This document shows positions 52,801 through 64,000 of a stretch of 64,000 nucleotides of DNA, in pieces. The stretch spans positions 337,466,001-337,530,000 of the forward strand of contig OZ024742.1 of the NCBI GenBank assembly GCA_964016885.1, read 5' to 3'. Under the pieces are notes generated by a model. The model had not been told where the DNA came from. It saw only the letters and a list, made by a program, of their open reading frames with translations, and ran no database searches. Position 1 is the stretch's first letter. Each line of letters begins with the position of its first letter. A program made the translations under genes and the position numbers. This DNA comes from Eledone cirrhosa. Its lineage: Eukaryota.

Positions 52801-55800
52801 AGACTAGACATTATCAGCTAGTCATGGTCCAGAAGACACTATATGTGTGAAGACCAGACATTGTCAGCTAGTCATGGTCCAGAAGACACTATATATTCGA
52901 AGACTAGACATTGTCAGCTAGTCATGGTCCAGAAGACACTATATATGTGAAGACTAGACATTGTCAGCTAGTCATGGTCCAGAAGACACTATATATGTGA
53001 AGACTAGACATTGTCAGCTAGTCATGGTCCAGTAGACACTATATATGTGAAGACTAGACATTGTTAGCTAGTCATGGTCCAGAAGACACTATATATGTGA
53101 AGACCAGACATTGTCAGCTAGTCATGGTCCAGAAGACACTATATATGTGAAGACCAGACATTGTCAGCTAGTCATGGTCCAGAAGACAATATATATGTGA
53201 AGACTAGACATTGTCAGCTAGTCATGGTCCAGAAGACACTATATATGTGAAGACCAGACATTGTCAGCTAGTCATGGTCTAGTAGACACTATATATGTGA
53301 AGACCAGACATTGTCAGCTAGTCATGGTCCAGTAGACACTATATATGTGAAGACCAGACATTGTCAGCTAGTCATGGTCCAGAAGACACTATATATGTGA
53401 AGACCAGACATTGTCAGCTAGTCATGGTCCAGTAGACACTATATATGTGAAGACCAGACATTGTCAGCTAGTCATGGTCTAGTAGACACTATATATGTGA
53501 AGACCAGACATTGTCAGCTAGTCATGGTCCAGAAGACACTATATATGTGAAGACCAGACATTGCCAGCCAGTCATGGTCTAGTAGACACTATATATGTGA
53601 AGACCAGACATTGTCAGCTAGTCATGGTCCAGAACACACTATATATGTGAAGACCAGACATTGTCAGCTAGTCATGGTCCAGAACACACTATATATGTGA
53701 AGACCAGACATTGTCAGCTAGTCATGGTCCAGAAGACACTATATATGTGAAGACCAGACATTGTCAGCTAGTCATGGTCCAGTAGACACTATATATGTGA
53801 AGACTAGACATTGTCAGCTAGTCATGGTCCAGAACACACTATATATGTAAAGACTAGACATTGTCAGCTAGTCATGGTCCAGAGGACACTATATATGTGA
53901 AGACCAGACATTGTCAGCTAGTCATGGTCCAGTAGACACTATATATGTGAAGTCTAGACATTGTCAGCTAGTCATGGTCCAGTAGACACTATATATGTGA
54001 AGACCAGACATTGTCAGCTAGTCATGATCTAGTAGACACTATATATGTGAAGACTAGACATTGTCAGCTAGTCATGGTCCAGAACACACTATATATGTGA
54101 AGACCAGACATTGTCAGCTAGTCATGGTCCAGAATACACTATGTATGTGAAGACTAGACATTGTCAGCTAGTCATGGTCCAGTAGACACTATATATGTGA
54201 AGACCAGACATTGTCAGCTAGTCATGGTCCAGAAGACACTATATATGTGAAGACCAGACATTGTCAGCTAGTCATGGTCCAGTAGACACTATATATGTGA
54301 AGACCAGACATTGTCAGCTAGTCATGGTCTAGTAGACACTATATATGTGAAGACCAGACATTGTCAGCTAGTCATGGTCCAGAAGACACTATATATGTGA
54401 AGACCAGACATTGCCAGCCAGTCATGGTCTAGTAGACACTATATATGTGAAGACCAGACATTGTCAGCTAGTCATGGTCCAGAACACACTATATGTGTGA
54501 AGACCAGACATTGTCAGCTAGTCATGGTCCAGTAGACACTATATATGTGAAGACTAGACATTGTCAGCTAGTCATGGTCCAGTAGACACTATATATGTGA
54601 AGACCAGACATTGTCAGCTAGTCTGGTCCAGTAGACACTATATATGTGAAGACTAGACATTGTCAGCTAGTCATGGTCCAGAACACACTATATATGTGAA
54701 GACTAGACATTGTCAGCTAGTCGTGGTCCAGAGGACACTATATATGTGAAGACTAGACATTGTCAGCTAGTCATGGTCCAGAACACACTATATATGTGAA
54801 GACTAGACATTGTCAGCTAGTCATGGTCCAGAAGACACTATATATGTGAAGACCAGACATTGTCAGCTAGTCATGGTCCAGTAGACACTATATATGTGAA
54901 GTCTAGACATTGTCAGCTAGTCATGCTCCAGAACACACTATATGTGTGAAGACCAGACATTGTCAGCTAGTCATGGTCCAGAAGACACTATGTATGTGAA
55001 GACTACACAGTGTTGTTAGTCATGGTCCAGTAGACACTATATATGTGAAGACTAGACATTGTCAGCTAGTCATGGTCCAGTAGACACTATATATGTGAAG
55101 ACTAGACATTGTCAGCTAGTCATGGTCCAGAACACACTATATATGTGAAGACTAGACATTGTCAGCTAGTCATGGTCCAGAGGACACTATATATGTGAAG
55201 ACTAGACATTGTCAGCTAGTCATGGTCCAGAACACACTATATATGTGAAGACTAGACATTGTCAGCTAGTCATGGTCCAGAAGACACTATATATGTGAAG
55301 ACCAGACATTGTCAGCTAGTTCTGGTCCAGTAGACACTATATATGTGAAGTCTAGACATTGTCAGCTAGTCATGGTCCAGTAGACACTATATATGTGAAG
55401 ACCAGACATTGTCAGCTAGTCATGATCTAGTAGACACTATATATGTGAAGACTAGACATTGTCAGCTAGTCATGGTCCAGAACACACTATATATGTGAAG
55501 ACCAGACATTGTCAGCTAGTCATGGTCCAGAATACACTATGTATGTGAAGACTAGACATTGTCAGCTAGTCATGGTCCAGTAGACACTATATATGTGAAG
55601 ACCAGACATTGTCAGCTAGTCATGGTCCAGAAGACACTATATATGTGAAGACCAGACATTGTCAGCTAGTCATGGTCCAGTAGACACTATATATGTGAAG
55701 ACCAGACATTGTCAGCTAGTCATGGTCTAGTAGACACTATATATGTGAAGACCAGACATTGTCAGCTAGTCATGGTCCAGAAGACACTATATATGTGAAG

Positions 55801-58800
55801 ACCAGACATTGCCAGCCAGTCATGGTCTAGTAGACACTATATATGTGAAGACCAGACATTGTCAGCTAGTCATGGTCCAGAACACACTATATATGTGAAG
55901 ACTAGACATTGTCAGCTAGTCATGGTCCAGTAGACACTATATATGTGAAGACCAGACATTGTCAGCTAGTCATGGTCCAGAACACACTATATATGTGAAG
56001 ACCAGACATTGTCAGCTAGTCATGGTCCAGAAGACACTATATATGTGAAGACCAGACATTGTCAGCTAGTCATGGTCCAGTAGACACTATATATGTGAAG
56101 ACTAGACATTGTCAGCTAGTCATGGTCCAGAACACACTATATATGTAAAGACTAGACATTGTCAGCTAGTCATGGTCCAGAGGACACTATATATGTGAAG
56201 ACCAGACACTGTCAGCTAGTCATGGTCCAGTAGACACTATATATGTGAAGTCTAGACATTGTCAGCTAGTCATGGTCCAGTAGACACTATATATGTGAAG
56301 ACCAGACATTGTCAGCTAGTCATGATCTAGTTGACACTATATATGTGAAGACTAGACATTGTCAGCTAGTCATGGTCCAGAACACACTATATATGTGAAG
56401 ACCAGACATTGTCAGCTAGTCATGGTCCAGAATACACTATGTATGTGAAGACTAGACATTGTCAGCTAGTCATGGTCCAGTAGACACTATATATGTGAAG
56501 ACCAGACATTGTCAGCTAGTCATGGTCCAGAAGACACTATATATGTGAAGACCAGACATTGTCAGCTAGTCATGGTCCAGTAGACACTATATATGTGAAG
56601 ACCAGACATTGTCAGCTAGTCATGATCTAGTAGACACTATATATGTGAAGACTAGACATTGTCAGCTAGTCATGGTCCAGAACACACTATATATGTGAAG
56701 ACCAGACATTGTCAGCTAGTCATGGTCCAGAATACACTATGTATGTGAAGACTAGACATTGTCAGCTAGTCATGGTCCAGTAGACACTATATATGTGAAG
56801 ACCAGACATTGTCAGCTAGTCATGGTCCAGAAGACACTATATATGTGAAGACCAGACATTGTCAGCTAGTCATGGTCCAGTAGACACTATATATGTGAAG
56901 ACCAGACATTGTCAGCTAGTCATGGTCTAGTAGACACTATATATGTGAAGACCAGACATTGTCAGCTAGTCATGGTCCAGAAGACACTATATATGTGAAG
57001 ACCAGACATTGCCAGCCAGTCATGGTCTAGTAGACACTATATATGTGAAGACCAGACATTGTCAGCTAGTCATGGTCCAGAACACACTATATATGTGAAG
57101 ACTAGACATTGTCAGCTAGTCATGGTCCAGTAGACACTATATATGTGAAGACCAGACATTGTCAGCTAGTCGTGGTCCAGAACACACTATATATGTGAAG
57201 ATCAGACATTGTCAGCTAGTCATGGTCCAGAAGACACTATATATGTGAAGACCAGACATTGTCAGCTAGTCATGGTCCAGTAGACACTATATATGTGAAG
57301 ACTAGACATTGTCAGCTAGTCATGGTCCAGAACACACTATATATGTAAAGACTAGACATTGTCAGCTAGTCATGGTCCAGAGGACACTATATATGTGAAG
57401 ACCAGACACTGTCAGCTAGTCATGGTCCAGTAGACACTATATATGTGAAGTCTAGACATTGTCAGCTAGTCATGGTCCAGTAGACACTATATATGTGAAG
57501 ACCAGACATTGTCAGCTAGTCATGATCTAGTTGACACTATATATGTGAAGACTAGACATTGTCAGCTAGTCATGGTCCAGAACACACTATATATGTGAAG
57601 ACCAGACATTGTCAGCTAGTCATGGTCCAGAATACACTATGTATGTGAAGACTAGACATTGTCAGCTAGTCATGGTCCAGTAGACACTATATATGTGAAG
57701 ACCAGACATTGTCAGCTAGTCATGGTCCAGAAGACACTATATATGTGAAGACCAGACATTGTCAGCTAGTCATGGTCCAGTAGACACTATATATGTGAAG
57801 ACCAGACATTGTCAGCTAGTCATGGTCTAGTAGACACTATAAATGTGAAGACCAGACATTGTCAGCTAGTCATGGTCCAGAACACACTATATATGTGAAG
57901 ACTAGACATTGTCAGCTAGTCATGGTCCAGTAGACACTATATATGTGACAACCAGACATTGTCAGCTAGTCATGGTCCAGAACACACTATATATGTGAAG
58001 ACCAGACATTGTCAGCTAGTCATGGTCCAGAAGACACTATATATGTGAAGACCAGACATTGTCAGCTAGTCATGGTCCAGTAGACACTATATATGTGAAG
58101 ACCAGACATTGTCAGCTAGTCATGGTCTAGTAGACACTATATATGTGAAGACCAGACATTGTCAGCTAGTCATGGTCCAGAAGACACTATATATGTGAAG
58201 ACCAGACATTGTCAGCTAGTCATGGTCCAGTAGACACTATATATGTGAAGACCAGACATTGTCAGCTAGTCATGGTCTAGTAGACACTATATATGTGAAG
58301 ACCAGACATTGTCAGCTAGTCATGGTCCAGAAGACACTATATATGTGAAGACCAGACATTGCCAGCCAGTCATGGCCCAGAAGACACTATATGTGAAGAC
58401 TAGACATTATCAGCTAGTCATGGTCCAGAAGACACTATATGTGTGAAGACCAGACATTGTCAGCTAGTCATGGTCCAGAAGACACTATATATTCGAAGAC
58501 TAGACATTGTCAGCTAGTCATGGTCCAGAAGACACTATATATGTGAAGACTAGACATTGTCAGCTAGTCATGGTCCAGAAGACACTATATATGTGAAGAC
58601 TAGACATTGTCAGCTAGTCATGGTCCAGTAGACACTATATATGTGAAGACTAGACATTGTCAGCTAGTCATGGTCCAGAAGACACTATATATGTGAAGAC
58701 CAGACATTGTCAGCTAGTCATGGTCCAGAAGACACTATATATGTGAAGACCAGACATTGTCAGCTAGTCATGGTCCAGAAGACAATATATATGTGAAGAC

Positions 58801-61800
58801 TAGACATTGTCAGCTAGTCATGGTCCAGAAGACACTATATATGTGAAGACCAGACATTGTCAGCTAGTCATGGTCCAGTAGACACTATATATGTGAAGAC
58901 CAGACATTGTCAGTTAGTCATGGTCTAGTAGACACTATATATGTGAAGACCAGACATTGTCAGCTAGTCATGGTCCAGAAGACACTATATATGTGAAGAC
59001 CAGACATTGTCAGCTAGTCATGGTCCAGAGGACACTATATATGTGGAGACCAGACATTGTCAGCTAGTCATGGTCTAGTAGACACTATATATGTGAAGAC
59101 CAGACATTGTCAGCTGGTCATGGTCCAGAACACACTATATATGTGAAGACCAGACATTGTCAGCTAGTCATGGTCCAGAAGACACTATATATGTGAAGAC
59201 CAGACATTGTCAGCTAGTCATGGTCCAGTAGACACTATATATGTGAAGACCAGACATTGTCAGTTAGTCATGGTCTAGTAGACACTATATATGTGAAGAC
59301 CAGACATTATCAGCTAGTCATGGTCCAGAAGACACTATATATGTGAAGACCAGACATTGCCAGCCAGTCATGGTCTAGTAGACACTATATATGTGAAGAC
59401 CAGACATTGTCAGCTAGTCATGGTCCAGAACACACTATATATGTGAAGACTAGACATTGTCAGCTAGTCATGGTCCAGTAGACACTATATATGTGAAGAC
59501 CAGACATTGTCAGCTAGTCATGGTCCAGAAGACACTATATATGTGAAGACCAGACATTGTCAGCTAGTCATGGTCCAGTAGACACTATATATGTGAAGAC
59601 CAGACATTGTCAGCTAGTCATGGTCCAGTAGACACTATATATGTGAAGACTAGACATTGTCAGCTAGTCATGGTCCAGTAGACACTATATATGTGAAGAC
59701 CAGACATTGTCAGCTAGTAATGGGCCAGTAGACACTATATATGTGAAGACCAGACATTGTCAGCTAGTCATGGTCTAGTAGACACTATATATGTGAAGAC
59801 TAGACATTGTCAGCTAGTCATGGTCCAGAACACACTATATATGTGAAGACCAGACATTGTCAGCTAGTCATGGTCCAGAAGACACTATGTATGTGAAGAC
59901 TAGACATTGTCAGCTAGTCATGGTCCAGTAGACACTATATATGTGAAGACCAGACATTGTCAGCTAGTCATGGTCCAGAAGACACTATATATGTGAAGAC
60001 TAGACATTGTCAGCTAGTCATGGTCCAGTAGACACTATATATGTGAAGACTAGACATTGTCAGCTAGTCATGGTCCAGTAGACACTATATATGTGAAGAC
60101 CAGACATTGTCAGCTAGTCATGGTCCAGTAGAGACTATATATGTGAAGACTAGACATTGTCAGCTAGTCATGGTCCAGAACACACTATGTATGTGAAGAC
60201 TAGACATTGTCAGCTACTCATGGTCCAGCAGACACTATGTATGTGAAGACTAGACATTGTCAGCTAGTCATGGTCCAGCAGACACTATATATGTGAAGAC
60301 TAGACATTGTCAGCTAGTCATGGTCCAGAACACACTATGTATGTGAAGACCAGACATTGTCAGCTAGTCATGGTCCAGTAGACACTATATATGTGAAGAC
60401 CAGACATTGTCAGCTAGTCATGGTCCAGAAGACACTATATATGTGAAGACCAGACATTGTCAGCTAGTCATGGTCCAGTAGACACTATATATGTGAAGAC
60501 CAGACATTGTCAGCTAGTCATGGTCTAGTAGACACTATATATGTGAAGACCAGACATTGTCAGCTAGTCATGGTCCAGAAGACACTATATATGTGAAGAC
60601 CAGACATTGCCAGCCAGTCATGGTCTAGTAGACACTATATATGTGAAGACCAGACATTGTCAGCTAGTCATGGTCCAGAACACACTATATATGTGAAGAC
60701 TAGACATTGTCAGCTAGTCATGGTCCAGTAGACACTATATATGTGAAGACCAGACATTGTCAGCTAGTCATGGTCCAGAACACACTATATATGTGAAGAC
60801 CAGACATTGTCAGCTAGTCATGGTCCAGAAGACACTATATATGTGAAGACCAGACATTGTCAGCTAGTCATGGTCCAGTAGACACTATATATGTGAAGAC
60901 CAGACATTGTCAGCTAGTCATGGTCCAGAAGACACTATATATGTGAAGACTAGACATTGTCAGCTAGTCATGGTCCAGTAGACACTATATATGTGAAGAC
61001 CAGACATTGTCAGCTAGTAATGGGCCAGTAGACACTATATATGTGAAGACCAGACATTGTCAGCTAGTCATGGTCTAGTAGACACTATATATGTGAAGAC
61101 TAGACATTGTCAGCTAGTCATGGTCCAGAACACACTATATATGTGAAGACCAGACATTGTCAGCTAGTCATGGTCCAGAAGACACTATGTATGTGAAGAC
61201 TAGACATTGTCAGCTAGTCATGGTCCAGTAGACACTATATATGTGAAGACCAGACATTGTCAGCTAGTCATGGTCCAGAAGACACTATATATGTGAAGAC
61301 TAGACATTGTCAGCTAGTCATGGTCCAGTAGACACTATATATGTGAAGACTAGACATTGTCAGCTAGTCATGGTCCAGTAGACACTATATATGTGAAGAC
61401 CAGACATTGTCAGCTAGTCATGGTCCAGTAGAGACTATATATGTGAAGACTAGACATTGTCAGCTAGTCATGGTCCAGAACACACTATGTATGTGAAGAC
61501 TAGACATTGTCAGCTACTCATGGTCCAGCAGACACTATGTATGTGAAGACTAGACATTGTCAGCTAGTCATGGTCCAGCAGACACTATATATGTGAAGAC
61601 TAGACATTGTCAGCTAGTCATGGTCCAGAACACACTATGTATGTGAAGACCAGACATTGTCAGCTAGTCATGGTCCAGTAGACACTATATATGTGAAGAC
61701 CAGACATTGTCAGCTAGTCATGGTCCAGAAGACACTATATATGTGAAGACCAGACATTGTCAGCTAGTCATGGTCCAGTAGACACTATATATGTGAAGAC

Positions 61801-64000
61801 CAGACATTGTCAGCTAGTCATGGTCTAGTAGACACTATATATGTGAAGACCAGACATTGTCAGCTAGTCATGGTCCAGAAGACACTATATATGTGAAGAC
61901 CAGACATTGCCAGCCAGTCATGGTCTAGTAGACACTATATATGTGAAGACCAGACATTGTCAGCTAGTCATGGTCCAGAACACACTATATATGTGAAGAC
62001 TAGACATTGTCAGCTAGTCATGGTCCAGTAGACACTATATATGTGAAGACCAGACATTGTCAGCTAGTCATGGTCCAGAACACACTATATATGTGAAGAC
62101 CAGACATTGTCAGCTAGTCATGGTCCAGAAGACACTATATATGTGAAGACCAGACATTGTCAGCTAGTCATGGTCCAGTAGACACTATATATGTGAAGAC
62201 TAGACATTGTCAGCTAGTCATGGTCCAGAACACACTATATATGTAAAGACTAGACATTGTCAGCTAGTCATGGTCCAGAGGACACTATATATGTGAAGAC
62301 CAGACACTGTCAGCTAGTCATGGTCCAGTAGACACTATATATGTGAAGTCTAGACATTGTCAGCTAGTCATGGTCCAGTAGACACTATATATGTGAAGAC
62401 CAGACATTGTCAGCTAGTCATGATCTAGTTGACACTATATATGTGAAGACTAGACATTGTCAGCTAGTCATGGTCCAGAACACACTATATATGTGAAGAC
62501 CAGACATTGTCAGCTAGTCATGGTCCAGAATACACTATGTATGTGAAGACTAGACATTGTCAGCTAGTCATGGTCCAGTAGACACTATATATGTGAAGAC
62601 CAGACATTGTCAGCTAGTCATGGTCCAGAAGACACTATATATGTGAAGACCAGACATTGTCAGCTAGTCATGGTCCAGTAGACACTATATATGTGAAGAC
62701 CAGACATTGTCAGCTAGTCATGATCTAGTAGACACTATATATGTGAAGACTAGACATTGTCAGCTAGTCATGGTCCAGAACACACTATATATGTGAAGAC
62801 CAGACATTGTCAGCTAGTCATGGTCCAGAATACACTATGTATGTGAAGACTAGACATTGTCAGCTAGTCATGGTCCAGTAGACACTATATATGTGAAGAC
62901 CAGACATTGTCAGCTAGTCATGGTCCAGAAGACACTATATATGTGAAGACCAGACATTGTCAGCTAGTCATGGTCCAGTAGACACTATATATGTGAAGAC
63001 CAGACATTGTCAGCTAGTCATGGTCTAGTAGACACTATATATGTGAAGACCAGACATTGTCAGCTAGTCATGGTCCAGAAGACACTATATATGTGAAGAC
63101 CAGACATTGCCAGCCAGTCATGGTCTAGTAGACACTATATATGTGAAGACCAGACATTGTCAGCTAGTCATGGTCCAGAACACACTATATATGTGAAGAC
63201 TAGACATTGTCAGCTAGTCATGGTCCAGTAGACACTATATATGTGAAGACCAGACATTGTCAGCTAGTCATGGTCCAGAACACACTATATATGTGAAGAT
63301 CAGACATTGTCAGCTAGTCATGGTCCAGAAGACACTATATATGTGAAGACCAGACATTGTCAGCTAGTCATGGTCCAGTAGACACTATATATGTGAAGAC
63401 TAGACATTGTCAGCTAGTCATGGTCCAGAACACACTATATATGTAAAGACTAGACATTGTCAGCTAGTCATGGTCCAGAGGACACTATATATGTGAAGAC
63501 CAGACACTGTCAGCTAGTCATGGTCCAGTAGACACTATATATGTGAAGTCTAGACATTGTCAGCTAGTCATGGTCCAGTAGACACTATATATGTGAAGAC
63601 CAGACATTGTCAGCTAGTCATGATCTAGTTGACACTATATATGTGAAGACTAGACATTGTCAGCTAGTCATGGTCCAGAACACACTATATATGTGAAGAC
63701 CAGACATTGTCAGCTAGTCATGGTCCAGAATACACTATGTATGTGAAGACTAGACATTGTCAGCTAGTCATGGTCCAGTAGACACTATATATGTGAAGAC
63801 CAGACATTGTCAGCTAGTCATGGTCCAGAAGACACTATATATGTGAAGACCAGACATTGTCAGCTAGTCATGGTCCAGTAGACACTATATATGTGAAGAC
63901 CAGACATTGTCAGCTAGTCATGGTCTAGTAGACACTATAAATGTGAAGACCAGACATTGTCAGCTAGTCATGGTCCAGAACACACTATATATGTGAAGAC
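40811..64000. repeat. 50-bp satellite array (>23 kb, about 460 monomers, runs off the window), consensus GACACTATATATGTGAAGACYAGACATTGTCAGCTAGTCATGGTCCAGWA
   Basis: Head-to-tail 50-bp period is directly visible, with occasional 48/49-bp variants. No unique spacers and no ORFs. Confidence 0.99.

Noticed and set aside
40811-64000. CRISPR-like array
   Set aside because: The monomers are contiguous with no unique spacers, there are no cas genes, and the context is eukaryotic.

Overview
This is eukaryotic, AT-rich, repeat-dense genomic DNA. The tRNA-derived SINEs and (CAT)n-tailed RTE LINEs suggest an octopod cephalopod (inference). Two convergent spliced genes can be built by hand; the ORF track shows neither as a gene. 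(1) A complete 4-exon + strand gene (10826-22376) encodes a 120-aa, 3-TM protein resembling TMEM243/DUF2678. (2) The last four exons of a PIF1 5'-3' DNA helicase lie on the - strand (40547-30882). The rest of the left 40 kb is TE debris: RTE LINEs, CR1/L2-type LINEs, an R4/Dong-like fragment, SINEs, an internally deleted mariner with a nested RTE, hAT and TTAA-type MITEs, and minisatellites. From 40811 to the window end is a >23-kb array of a 50-bp satellite with several higher-order periods. It starts about 260 bp from a PIF1 splice acceptor, so it apparently sits inside a PIF1 intron. Other notable items are a 94-bp-arm near-perfect palindrome with a hammerhead-like core, a possible divergent ATG-only exon 108 bp from the TMEM243-like start, and an unexplained hairpin-rich 370-bp segment. 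No CRISPR array, rRNA or true tRNA gene was seen. TE boundaries are approximate and were read by eye.
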